A stretch of 64,000 nt of DNA from Mytilus edulis (lineage: Eukaryota): NCBI RefSeq assembly GCF_963676685.1, contig NC_092353.1:59024001-59088000 (forward strand), in the 5' to 3' direction. Each line of letters begins with the position of its first letter. Position 1 is the stretch's first letter. Of the stretch, positions 30,301 to 44,800 are shown one piece after another. Below the pieces are notes generated by a model. That model searched no databases, was not told where the DNA came from, and saw only the letters and a program-made list of their open reading frames with translations. A program made the translations under genes and the position numbers.

Positions 30301-33300
30301 ATATTTGCATAATACCAGGGTGTCAACTTGGCATAATTAGGGGGGGGGGGCTCAAAGATGGTTTGGTCAATTTTTTTTTACATTTCTTAAATTTGCTACT
30401 GGATGTAGAGTAGATGGAATTATGAATACTTCTATGAATATTAAGAGACACATGTCTGCTTCAAAATGGACCTTTTTATATTTCAGTAGAAGTCTCCTTG
30501 GCATAATATTAGGGGTGTGAATTTTCATAGAACTTTCCAGAATATCAATGTTAAATTTATTCTAGAGACATTTAATGTTATATGATGGTATATATTTAAA
30601 AAAAAAAAAAGAAAATTGCAATAGCTGTTAGACTTTGGAATTTTTAAAATGGCCGCCGTTACCATGGAAACAGCAAAATACAAAAATCTCCAAAATGCTT
30701 CAAAGGAGTAGGTCCGGTAAGGGCCGATTTTGGCCCCAAATTTCAGTTTCATCTAACGAGATATTTAGGACACTTTTTAAACACTTAAGTGTCTATTTCA
30801 ATTGATTCGATTAGTTTATGTTAAAGATTTTAACTGATTCAGTCATTAAAAACGCTCCGTTTGAAGCTTAAAAATGAAAAATCTATCAAATATGCCAAAA
30901 AACGTCACTTTTCAGATGGTTTTCGTCAAAAATGAAAGTGGCCGCATCCGTGTTCATCCTCAACCTTTATATATGTTATGTATTATCATCAAATACAACT
31001 TACATTTCAATATTATGAATGAACACGAATGCGGCCACTTTCATTTAAGACGGAAACCGTCTAAAATTTAACTAAAATGCTATAATTGTGAAGATTTCAG
31101 TAATTAAGCATGACTTTATGATGCTAGTACATGATATATGTGCATTGTATTGTCAAAAACAGCACATATTTATGTAGCAGAAGCCTTCTACTTTCCAAAA
31201 TATAGCTAAAAGATTACATTTTCACAACTTTGCAAAACTGCTTAATTTTGGGGCCAAAAAGGGGTCTTACTGAACCTACTCCTTTAATGAAACTTATAAC
31301 AAATGTTGCCTAGCTTATATAGACCTGACTTTTGAGTTTTAAATTTTTTAAATGGCCGCCGTTGCCATGGAAACAGCAAAAATATGAAAAACTTTAAAAT
31401 GCTTCAAATTTCATGAAACTTATAACAAATAATGTCTGGCATATGAGACCGTGACTTTTCACTTACAAATTTCCAAAATGACAGCCGTAACCATGGAAAC
31501 AGCAAAAAATATGAAAAATGCAAAATGGTTTTATTAAAATGAAATCAAGGATTACGCAGAACAATAATTTGTGGTCCGTTTTTGGTGACTTTTGTGTTAG
31601 CATCCTTACACAGGATTACTTGTTATATTATGCTTCTCTCAGTGTAACACTTACATCTTCAACAAAGAACTAAGCGAGCATCTTGACAATCAACAGAAAG
31701 AAGACACAAAAATGAGACGCGTATCTAAACACAATTTTATCTTGCAATATTTTTATTTTTGTTATTTCCGAAATATGAAGATGTGGTATAATTGTCGATG
31801 TTCTTCAACGTAAAAAATGATAACAAAATTATGATCATGAGTTTGTCTCATTAACTGATGGACAAATGAACTTAATTTTGTCAACTCATCCTAATGATAA
31901 ACACATACGTGGGTGACATCTGTTATCATGTTCGTTGTAGAAGTGCGCTGGTTCACAATCACATACACTAAGCGCACAAATTAAAGGAGAGAAACAACTG
32001 CTTACAGTTGTCGAACAAGGATCCTGGTAGCTTCCAACTGTAAAATAAATCAATCGACATTAAATTGTGTGATGCTCCATTTATTTTTAGATAATCTATT
32101 ATTTTGGTTAACAAGAATCATAGCGAAAATTTTAACATTGGTTAATTGAATCACTCTTAAAATATGAACAAAGACATGGACAGTCTTAACTAATGGGGCT
32201 GGTCACTACCGACTTTATCTTGGTCAACCAGGATCATAGCAAAAATTATTTCATTCGTAAATTGAATCACTCTTAAAATATGGTCAAAGACAGGGACTGT
32301 CTAAACTAACATGGCTGGTCACTGCCGACTTTATCTTGGTCAACCAGGATCATAGCAACAATGATATCATTTGTTAATTGAATCACTCTCTCTTAAAATG
32401 TGGTCAAAGTATGTGTTAACTAACAGGGCTGGTTACTACCGACTTTATTTAATAACTACGTCTCCTGTGTAAAACTAGTATCATACTATAAGCTAAGTAT
32501 CCTGCCTTTGATATACGAAGCTGGTGTTTTATTGGATATTTCTATTACAACTACATTACAATTAAAAAACATTTCAAATCATACAAATCACATGGAGAGT
32601 CTTAACTGATGGAACTGGCCACTACCGTCTTTATCTTGGTCAACTAGAATCATAGCAAAAGTTATATCATTTGTTAAGTGTATCACTTTTGTAATATGAA
32701 CAAAGACCTGGACAGTATAAACAAACGGGGCTGGCCACTACCCACTTTATTTAATAACTACACTTCCTGTGTAAAGCCTGTACAAAACAAAATAAACAGC
32801 TGCGCTACAAGCGCATGATACGCTCTTCGTCTTCGTCTCTTACAGTTTTATGCAATAATCATAGATATTTTCTGAGATACAGCGCGACATGTAAAACCCT
32901 TTTTTTTTACAAAAAACTCAAACAAAAAATTTCAATCATCATCGAAAATTATACAGATCTTTAGATTAATATAACTAAAAAATGTGTAAAGTTTGAAGCA
33001 ATACTCTTAATTGTTTTTGAGATAAGGCGCGACATGAGAAAAAATACGCCCCCTGTTATAATTTTAAAGTCCTGTAACCATGGTAACTCAAAAAGATTAA
33101 ACCTTATTCTAACCAAAAAGTATATAGATCGTGTTTCCATCATAAGAAACAATCATTTTAAGTTTCATGAAATTTGGATAAGTGGTTTTTAAGTTACGCT
33201 GCAACATGTGGACGGCGGACAGACAGACAGACGGACATTTGTATACCATAATATTTTCCATCAAAATTTTGTCGGGTGATACAAGTCAATCGATAGTTTT

Positions 33301-36300
33301 GTGAATACAAAGCATTTCATCCAGACGCATGAAAAAAAAATTGAAGACGACGTTTACTCGCGTACACGTCATGTTACTGCTGCGTTAACGATAACGTTCT
33401 CTGCTTCAACTTCAAAATTTCAAAAAGTTGTTATCAAAAGAAACATTACTTTCACGTTTGGAAAAATGTGTACAAAGTTTCAAGATGATTGGACTTCAAC
33501 GTCATCAAAAACTACCTCGATCAAAACTTTAAACCTCAAGCGGGACCGACGGACGAAAAACAGTACTAACGGACGCACAGTCCGACAGAAAACATAATGC
33601 CTATAAATGGGGCATAAAAACTTAGCAAATATTTCAAAGTCAATAGACCATCACTAAGAGAGAGGGGCCAAATAATCTCCATTGGAATGAGATATGCCAA
33701 AGTTATACAACTGCAAACCATTTGTCATCAACGTATTACTAGTGGTTCCCTATAAACTGACCTAATCACAAACTAATACATAATAACATGACAAAAATTT
33801 CAAAGTCGCTAGACCATGACTGAGGAAGCGGGCCAAATAATCTCCATGGAAACCAGATCTGATAATGCTTATACAACTGCATACAAATTATCATTTACTT
33901 ACCATTAGTGGTTCCCAATAAACAGATCTAATTACAAACTAATACATGAAAACTAAACAAAAGTTTCAAAGTCAATAGATTATAACTGATTTGGCTGGGC
34001 CAAATAATCGCCATGGTAGTGAGATGTACCAATACTAATACAACTACATACCGAATATCTTTGACTTACCACTAGTGGTTCAGCATAAAATTAAACAAAC
34101 TTATACATTGTTGACGCCGACAAACCCGTATCTAGCATAAATATGTCTCGCTTTTTGACGCAGTCTAGCGAGACAATAATAATCATTTATTAAACACATA
34201 TTATATTACCTCAGGTGCCTTTAGTTGCACTTTAAATTTAAATTAAATACCTACTTGCTTTACAAATACCATCGTCTGGGTCGCGATACTGTGTTTCAGG
34301 ATTTTCACACTCTAAAACATAAAACCATGTAATTGTATCAGGGCAGTTATGATGAGCATCTCTCTATGTACCCTTTTCTAGAAAAAACATAAAACACGAT
34401 TTATATTTGATCAAATTGCTTACGAACAAAACATGCTGGTCTAAAGCAAGTTACACTATGAGCTTTTGACTTTGAGTTACCCAATTTTCATGATTATTTT
34501 GTTCACCAATTTTCACTCAGAAGTTATCGTCCATTTTATTTAAAAAAATGAACAGTCGTTCTATGCACGTAGTTGGGCAAATATGATGGGAAGGTTTATG
34601 GCTCTGTTTTGTGTGTTCCAAATACCTTAGTAAAGCCCATCCCATCAGGAAAAAAAGTTTGATCACATTAAATTTATTAGGTTCGTATTTTGGCTTAAAC
34701 TCAACCTATAAACCAGAGAAAGATAAAAATAGTATGGACATTAATTGAAGGAATATGCTTCGATGAGGTTAAACATACCAAACAGCTGACCTCTGAAGCA
34801 TGTTAAAAGTACAGAAAACAAACAGGGGTGTTTTGGGTAGAGGCTGTAATATTGATAATATAAAATTCGAACTAAAAAATCAAAATATGATGATGATGAT
34901 GACTTAAATAATAAAATCACAAGTCTTTCGGTCAGCTCATTTTTTGATAAATCGTTTCAAGGGTGTGATGAAATTATGCCCAGTCGCCCGACTTGTACAA
35001 TTGAACACCCGGACAAGAAATTATGTTTGTCTGGGTTGCCCGTTGATACGAAAAAAAATATAGAAAACAAAGTTGAAATCGAACAAAAACCGAATTAATT
35101 TAATAAACGCATCAAGATGTTTAATTTATGTGAAAGAAACCAATGATCAGCGAGGAAAAAGATATAGTTTAAGTCAAAACATCAATGTTCATGGCGATAA
35201 ATATTAAATAACACCGGAAATAGATCTATTGCTATAATATTGTGAAAGTACGTTTATTCGTTAGGAACCATTTTTTGTGGCTTTCGTTGATGAATTAATT
35301 CATGAATTTAAGTCTCCAACAAAATATAATAACTGTTGTGCAAATCAAGACATTGTTTGACTTCATGGATATGGGCATGCCATAAAATCTAGAGAATAAA
35401 TCAAATATCGTCAAAATGACAAAATTCACTATGAAGTAAAACTGCTTGCAGAATCATACCCTATGCTGTGATAAAGTGTTAGTTTTATATCATTATACTT
35501 CTCATACGAGAAATGATAATTTCATATCGATATCGGGCTTGCTTTTGATAAGAATTCATTTTACAATTCAAGGTACATTTATAGCATAAATTATGTTTAT
35601 GACTCAATTAACACCTTTGATAGTCTTTAATCTGTTAATCACACAATCTCAGGTTAATTTGTGTCATCACTTCTGACAACATGTCTGCAACAATTCAAAT
35701 GTTTACGTAGCAATTGCCTTCAATCGAGACAATTTGTAATCACAGATGAAAGCAATTATTGTATTTCAAATTTAATGTTTCACTGTTCGTTTGTATCGTC
35801 TGAGTTAATTTGATAGACCTTTACATTGGTAAAATACTTTTATTAAAAATCCATACTTACCACAAAAAGGAATATCGCATAAATCCCATTTGTCATCCGG
35901 ATCCATGGTATAACACCAAGGTCCGCTATCTGGGTCGACGACTGGATTACGGCAGTAGTTGTGTTGATATTTAGATACCTCCGTAAAGTTTCGAGGACGA
36001 TGAGGAGTTTTAACATCCCATCTCTGACAGTTCACGTTATTGCGAGTAACGCTTATAGTTCCTAGATATTCAAAACCTTTTGTTGTCGTCTTACACTCGA
36101 GACAAAGGGGCACATCGCAATAATCCGAACGGTCATCTGGGTCGGTTGTATAACACCAAGGTCTGGCCTTATCGCCTGGATTACGACAAAAGTTGTGTTT
36201 ATATGTATCTACGAATTCATAGTCTGAAGGATGATGGGGGGTATTTGAATCCCATCTCTGACAGGTCTTGCCGCTTTCAGTAACGCTCATTGCCCCTCGA

Positions 36301-38827
36301 TATTCCGTACCTTTAACTGTTCTCTTACACTCATCGCCTGAAATATTCAAATTAACGAAGATGACAAAATTTATGACGATTATTGTCTTGTCTTAACTGG
36401 ATATCGTTACCTTAGATTTATATCTATCATAAATAAATCAATACGGCGTCATTAAAGATTATAAACGAGTATTTCCTCGTTCAATTCATCTATAAATCTT
36501 CTTTAATATTGTTGATCTTGTAAATGTATTGTCAGTATTTTTTGTAATCATAGCCAGTGTTGTGCGATCTGACCAGTCATGCCATTTTGAGCTATTTATT
36601 CGTTGGTTTTTATGTTGTACCTTGTACAACTATTCGGTATTTTACCAGGTAGGGAGAATTATACAGACCTCAACTACGTTTTCAACACTGTCACCTACCT
36701 TATGTGCCTGTTCCAAGTCAGCAGACTGCAAGTCAATGATTAACGTTGGTTGCTGTCTGTCAAATTAAGGAAAAGGTTCACAAACAGCACAAAATGACGT
36801 AAAAGTATTAACTTTATAAAAAATGAAATAAAAAAGGGCATAATTTGGTTAGTAAATGGTATAATTCAAATGCCCTTATGCTTAAAAATTATTCCATTTC
36901 ATAAAAGTACATGATTTTCTCAAAAGAAAGCTCATTTTGGACATTTTGTCAAAATATAACGATTACAGACATTTTACAGACCTCAAAGCTTTTGGAACAC
37001 CTAGGCCGCCACCTACGATCCAAAATGTTTTGTTAGTAAAAGATTCCCATTTTTTATATATAAATCATCATATACAAGCTTTTTGGATCATGGATGGCGG
37101 GGGGGAGAGGGGGGGGGGGCTGGAATTAACCCTCAAAATGTAAAGGTCATAGCTTCATAAATTTTGAAGGGAGATGCCAAAAGATATATGTATGTCCTAA
37201 TAGTATTCTCACAAGTAATTCTATGTAAAATTTGTACTTTTTGAAAAATATAAAAAATAGGGCCAATTTACACCATTCGAAATCCTTCTCTTTTGTGATC
37301 GTTTTTGTTTTTTGTAATTCAGGCTGTTTTTTTGGTTGTTTTTTTTTAATTTATTCTTATTTACATTTAGTTGCCTATCATAGCTGAACATTTGGTATAG
37401 GATTTGTTCAGTGTTGATGCCCATACTGTGACTCAAATCTTTATCAAATCAGTTCCACTGGGACTCCGTTGGATAGTGGTCTTATTTAAACCATTCAACG
37501 TATCTTAACTTGAAATAGAATAAACCATTTAGATTATAACGATATAACAAAACAAAAAAATATTTAAGTAATATATGAAGATGTGGTATTTTGACAATGA
37601 GACAATTCGTCACCAGAGATCAAAAGAAATAAAAGTAAACAACAATAGAAAATATGTTTATGAGTTTGTGTCATGAAATGGGGATATTTTTTCAACTCAA
37701 CTTAATGTTAAATACATACGTGGATGACATCTATTATCATGTTCGTTGTAGAAGTGCGCTGGTTCACAATCACATACACTAAAAGCACAAATTAATGGAG
37801 AGAAACAACTGCTTACGGTTGTCGAACAAGGATCTTGGTAACTTCCAACTGTAAAAAACAAATTAATCGACATTTAATTGTTTGATGCTCCATTTATTTT
37901 TCGATAGTTTATCATCTTGGATCAACCTGGATCGTAGTCAGAGTTATAACATTCGTTAATTGAATCACTCTTAAAATATAAACAAGGACAATGACAGTCT
38001 AAACTAACGGAGTTGGTTATTATTGGTTTTATTTAAAAAAATACGTCCCTGGGTAATGTTAGTAATAAACAACTAAGTTTCGTGCCTTTGATATGCAAAG
38101 CTGGTCGTTTTTTGCGTATTTTTTTTTAAGTTCATTGTATTTAAAAAAAAATCTAAAAAAAAAAATCTGATCAATAACCTATAACCATTGCATAACCAAA
38201 AATGCAAGATTTTGATACAAAATTAGAAATGTTAAATTATTTTACTGAGATACTCCGTTAAAAACACTGTAGGCGTGCAAAAGGGAGTACATATTGAATA
38301 TGTTGATTAAGATGGCGGCTACAAAAATCTAATAGTTCAAAGGTCTATTTATGAAAAAGTATCCGAGAAATCTTTTCAAAAACAGCATTTTACAATGACA
38401 AAGTGTAAACAATTGCAATAAAATGTTACTTCTCTAAAATTGCAAAATTGAGTAATTACTGTAAATCCAAATCAAATTCAAATGTAAATGGTAAATTGCG
38501 CTATATTTACAGAACATTGCCCTAAAACACCAGCTGCAAACGGTGCTTTTTTCGCTACATAATATTGCCAATATCAACAGATAATGATCACTCATATTTA
38601 AAATAAGAATGTGTCCAATGTACACGGATGCCCCACTCGCACTATCATTTTCCATGTTTTATGGACTTTAAATTGGGTAAATATCTAATTCGGCATTGAA
38701 ATTAGAAAGATTATACTATAGGGAACATGTGTTCTAAGTTTCAAGTTGATTGGACTTCAATTTCATCAAAAACTACCTTGACCAAAAACTTTAACCTGAA
38801 GCGGGACGAACGAACGAACGAACGAAC

Positions 38828-38858
<31 letters not shown>

Positions 38859-41800
38859 GCCACAGACCAGAAAACATAATGCCCCTCTACTATCGTAGGT
38901 GGGCATAAAAAAGGGCAATGAAAGAACACAAAAGGTATGTTTGGTAAAATATAGTTTTCCGATGTGCAAAGACATGTAACGAAGTTTATTCTCGTTCAAA
39001 GCTCGAATGAAAACTGTTTGTACCATGCACTTTTCAGTATAAAATCTGTCGAATTCCTTTTCATGTTGGACCATTACGATATACTTTATTAGTTGTTTTA
39101 TTGATTACGACTAAAAATTCATTATTCTCAGATTAGTTAAGATTGAATACCCTTCCAGACCAATGGCATACCGATTTATGTAATGTTCGCACATGTCGGT
39201 ATAATGTTTTAACAAGTTTTGTTTGTGTGTGCACACATGGAGGTTATAGTGAAGGAATTGGTTTCATATTAGATATATTCAATTAGAGTTGGTAATATCA
39301 ATCTCTCAAAATTTACCAGAACATAATTCGTTATGCTCGTACGATAAATGAGCAGGCGACTCGTGAAAGGTCTGAATTTTAGTCAGATGGTTTTAACCCA
39401 CGTTGTAGCACTTATACATAACATTTGGTACTAACTTTCTTTTTTTGTAACATGTGTATAACTTAGTATTGTTGTGAGATCTTTGAGCCATTAGAAACTC
39501 TTAAGAAAAAAATATGAAAATAAAATGAGAAAATCACCAAAAGTCGCTGTCAGATCAACAATAGAAGGCTCGGTGCACAATAAATATCCACAAACATACA
39601 ATGTATGTAAGATTAGATGACATAAAACCAATTATTGATAATCATTGTTTTCTGTTATAAATCGATTGAGAGCAAAAAATCCAAGTTACTGAAGTGCAAC
39701 AATTCTCATGATATTTTAGGATAAAATAACTTCATTTCAACCATAATTTTATCATTAATGTACATGAATGATCTTTAGGTCAATAAAAGTGAAATAAAAA
39801 AAAATCATGGCCAATTAAATTTGAAATTTGATGCTGCTATGTAGATTTTTATTGTGACACACAGTAATTTGGTCCTGATACTAACAGCTATAACGTATAT
39901 GTTGTTGATGGGGATTACCTGCCGAAGAAGGTCGGTGGCACCTTGGGCACTCCGTGGGCCTAAACCTTTTAAAATTGATCGCCGATAAAAACTTAAGTAG
40001 TCAAAAGGTTGTAACCGACAATTGCGCCAAACACCAACAATTGATCAATCATCTCTATTTAACAATGTATGTATATAAACTATTCATGGAGTGTATGAAG
40101 TGTTATTGCAAATTGCTAGAATTCAATCTAAAAAAATAATGTAAGTAAATAAATAATTCCGAGTCTCAATTTACATGAGAGAACTACGTGGTTTTATAGA
40201 ACTAAAATACCTTGACCAGAAGAAGGTTTGGGGGCATCTATAATACTAAAATTACGAAGTCAAATTTGTCAGACGTCATCACGTAAAAACGACGAATCAA
40301 AGAATTCAGCTTTATATATAACTAATATAGAACAAAGGTGTAGATTAAAAATTACACCACTCCAGGCCCTTTTGTTTTCCACGTAATTAATATTGCCAAT
40401 AATTAAGAAGTTCCGGGGCGAGTCCGATACCAATAGTATATTCACCTGTTACCTATTACCTTATCTGTACGTTCCGCATCTAACAGGTGCACCACCAAAC
40501 GGTGTATTTAAGATTTTGTTATATACACGGGTCATAATCACAGGGCTGACACTACTAAATTCAATCATTGTCAAATTGATCCCTATTGTAGTATTTTAAT
40601 CAGTAAGACTTTCTAAGATGACCATACAAGTACTAAAAATCTGGACTTAAAATAAGGCGTATAGGTACAGTTTTCAATTTGTTAGCGGGCTTGACGTAAA
40701 ACAGTGAATCAAAGCATTCAACTTTATTTATAACTAATATAGGACAATGCTGTTGATTAAAAAATACTCCATTTCAGGACCTTTTGTTTTCCAAATAATT
40801 TATATTACCAATAATTGATAAGTTCCAGGTCTACGGGTTCATACAGAAAGATTTTGAAAGCAGATAAAACTGTGCATCTTATAATCGGCATGACTTTATC
40901 AGATGACAATACCAATATTAAAATAAGGCTTACGCATAGTTATATACATTAATTCAGTCACGGACCCACGATATCACGGGTGTGTTCTAGTACTTATAAT
41001 AATTGTCACTTCCCCAATCAATGCAAGATTTAGCATCAGCAACCAAGAAAACATATAAATATTGAAATATTGAAATATCAAAGTTTCGATCAAAAATGTT
41101 ACCCTAAAAACATAAATATGACCTTTGTATTCTGTCTTTCACACCAAATTGACAGTTGGACCCCGGATGACGGCATTTGTGTCATTATAACTAGATTTAT
41201 TGAAGAAGAATTAAAATATAAATATATTATATATCAATATATACATGAATAACTTTCATGTTTGATTGTATTTAAATAATACATCTTAAGTTGATCATCC
41301 TAAGCCTGCCGAAATACTAAAGTAGTGTTGGTCATATCATGCAATATGGGATGACTGGTTGCATAGGTGTTTTGTCATATCAAAAAAAGTGCCAATATTT
41401 TCTATTTTGTTAGAACATCATAAAACATGTCACAAGTATTTCAAAGAATAGCCATTAGAAAGTGGTGAGGTCAAGGTTGTTTAAACCTTTCACAGCTTCA
41501 AAATATTTAATTAAAACTGTTATCACAGAAATATGTATCGCATTTTTTGTAGTTTCGATAATGCAAAATGTTGAAATTAGAATAGCAAAATAGCAACTCT
41601 TTAACATGTAAAAGAGGGACGAACGATACCAGAGGGACAGTCAAACTCATAAGTCGATAATAAACTGACAACGTCATGGCTAAAAATAAAAAAGACAAAC
41701 AGACAAACAATAGTACACTTGACACAACATAGAAAACTAAAGAATAAGCAACACGAACCCCACCAAAAACTAGGGGTGATCGCAGGTGCTCCGGAAGGGT

Positions 41801-44800
41801 TAGTAGATCCTGCTCAACATGTTGCATCCGTCGTGTTGCTCATGTTATAGCAAATCCGGTAAATAGTCTAACTCTGTAGGTCACATTCATGAAAGGGTAA
41901 GGGATTGTAGTTACGACGTAAAGAACATATTCGATATCATCTGTGCGACGTTTTGCAAAAATTCAAAGTCATATACGTGAAAACTAAGCAAAAGTTTCAA
42001 AGTCAATAGACCATAACTGAGGGGGCTGGGTCAAATAATCCCCATGGTAGTGAGATGTGCCAATACTAATACAACTGCATACCGAATATCTTTGACTTAC
42101 CACTAGTGGTTCACCATAAAATTAAAAAAATATATACATTGTTGACGCCGACGACCCCTTACCTAGCATACCTATGTCTCGCTATTTGACTCCCTCAAGC
42201 GAGACAATAATTATCATTTATTATACAAATATTATATTACCTCGTGTGCTTTTAGTTGTACTTGATTTTAAATTAAATACCTACTTGCTTTACAAATATC
42301 ATCGTCTGGGTCGCGATACTGTGTTTCAGGATTTTCACACTCTAAAACATAAAACCATGTAATTGTATACGGGCAGTTATGATGACCATCTCTCTATGTA
42401 CCATTTTCTAGAGGCTGTACTATTAATAATATTAAATTCACACTAAAAAAGCATAGTATGATGATAATGATTGAAATCATAAAACCACAAGTCTTTCGGT
42501 CAGCTCAGGTATTGATAAATCGTTTCAAGGGTGTTGTAATGCTATGCCCGATCGCCCGACTTGTACAATTGAACACCCGGACAAGTTATTATTTTTGTCT
42601 GGGTTGCCCGTGGATACGTAAAAAATATAGAAGACAAAGTTAAAATCTAACAAAAACCGAATTAATTTAATGAACGCATAAAGATGTTTAATTTATGTGA
42701 AAGAAACCAATGATCAGCGAGTAAAAAGATATAGTTTAAGTCAAAACATCAATGTTCTTAACGATAAATATTAAATAACACCGGAAATAGATCGATTGCC
42801 ATAATACTGTGAAAGTACTTTTATTCGTGGGGAACCAATTATTGTGGTTTTCGTGGATGAATTTATCCATGCATTTAGGTGTCCAACGAAACATAATAAC
42901 TGTTGTGCAAATCAAGACATTGTTTGACTTCATGTATATGGCATGCCATAAAATCTAGAGAACAAATCAAATATCGTCAAAATGGCCAAATGCACTATGA
43001 AGTAAAACTGCAGGCAGAATCATACCCTATGCTGTGATGAAGTGTTAGTTTTATATCATTATTTTTCATACGAGAAATGATAATTTCATATCGATATCGG
43101 GCTTGCTTTTGATAAGAATTCATTTTACAATTCAAGGTACATTTATAGCATAAATTATGTTTATGACTCAATTAACACCTTTGCTAGTCTTTAATCTGTT
43201 AATCACACAATCTCGGGTTAATTTGTGTCATCACTTCACGTCTGCAACAATTCAAATGTTTACTTAGCAATTGCCTTCAATCAAGACAATTTGTAATCAC
43301 AGATGAAAGCACTTATTGTATTTCAAATTTAATGTTTCACTGTTCATTCGTATCGTCTGAGTGGATTTAAGAGACATTTACATTGGTTAAATACTTTTAC
43401 TAAAAATCCATACTTACCACAAAAAGGAATATCGCACCAATCCCAGTTGTCATCCGGATCCATGGTATAACACCAAGGTCTACTATCTGGGTCAACGACT
43501 GGATTACGGCAGTAGTTGTGTTGATATTTAGATACGTCCGTAAAGTTTCGAGGACGATGAGGAGTTTTAACATCCCATCTCTGACAGTTCACGTTATTGC
43601 GAGTAACGCTAATAGTTCCTAAATATTCAAAACCTTTTGTTGTCGTCTTACACTCGAGACAAAGGGGCACAGCGCAATAATCCGAACGATCATCTGGGTC
43701 GGTTGTATAACACCAAGGTCTGTCCTTATCGCCTGGATTACGACAAAAGTTGTGTTTATATGTATCTACGAATTCATAGTCTGAAGGATGATGGGGAGTA
43801 TTTGAATCCCATCTCTGACAGGTCTTGCCGCTTTCAGTAACGCTCATTGCCCCTCGATATTCCGTACCTTTAACTGTTCTCTTACACTCATCGCCTGAAA
43901 TATTAAGACTAACGAAGATAACAAAATTTATTGTCTTGTCTTAACTGGATATTGTTACCTTAGATTGATATCTATCATAAATAAATCGATACGGCGTCAT
44001 TAAAGATTACAAACGAGTATTTACTCGTTCAATTCATCTCTAACTCTTTTTTAATATTGCTGATCTTGTAAATGTATTGTCAGTATTTTTCTTTTTAATC
44101 ATAGCCTGTGTTGTGCGATCTGACGAGTCATGCCATTTTGAGCTATTTATTCGTTGGTTTTATGTTGTACCTTTCACAACTATTCGGCATTTTCTCAGGT
44201 ATGGAGAAGAATACAGAGCTCAACTACGTCCTCAACACTGTCATCTACGTAACTTATGTGCCTGTTCCAAGTCAGCAGACTGCAAGTCAATGATTGACGT
44301 TGGTTGCTGTCTGTCAAATTAAGGAAAAGGTTCACAAACAGCACAAAATGACTTAAAATATTAACTTTTAAAAAAAATTAAATAAAAAGGGCATAATTTT
44401 TGTTCGTAAATGGTATAATTCAAATGCCCTTATGCTCAAAAATATTTCATTTCATAAAAGTACATGATATTCTCAAAAGTAAGCTCATTTTCGATATTTT
44501 GTCAAAATATGACGACAATGGACGATTATGGACATTTTACAGCGTCAAAGCGTTTTGAACACCTAAGCCGCCACCTACGATCCAAAATAATTTGTTTCCA
44601 AAAGATTCCCATTTTTTATACAGAAATCATCATATACAAGCTTTTTGGATTGTGGATGGCAGCCAAGATAAAGTATGCCAAAAAAACTAATAAAATTATG
44701 GCGGGGGAAGGGGGGGGGGGAGGAATTGACCTTAAAATGCAAAGGTCATAGCTTCATAAATTTTAAAGGGAGATACCAAAAGATATATGTGTGTTCTAAT

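Noticed and set aside
38741-39074. ORFs with VRSFVRPS repeats (also 1247-1465 and 33301-33597)
   Set aside because: They are translations of the HINE tetranucleotide microsatellite.
41507-41827. 106-aa hydrophobic ORF (and 53830-54018)
   Set aside because: It lies within a dispersed repeat present twice in the window and has no splice or domain support.
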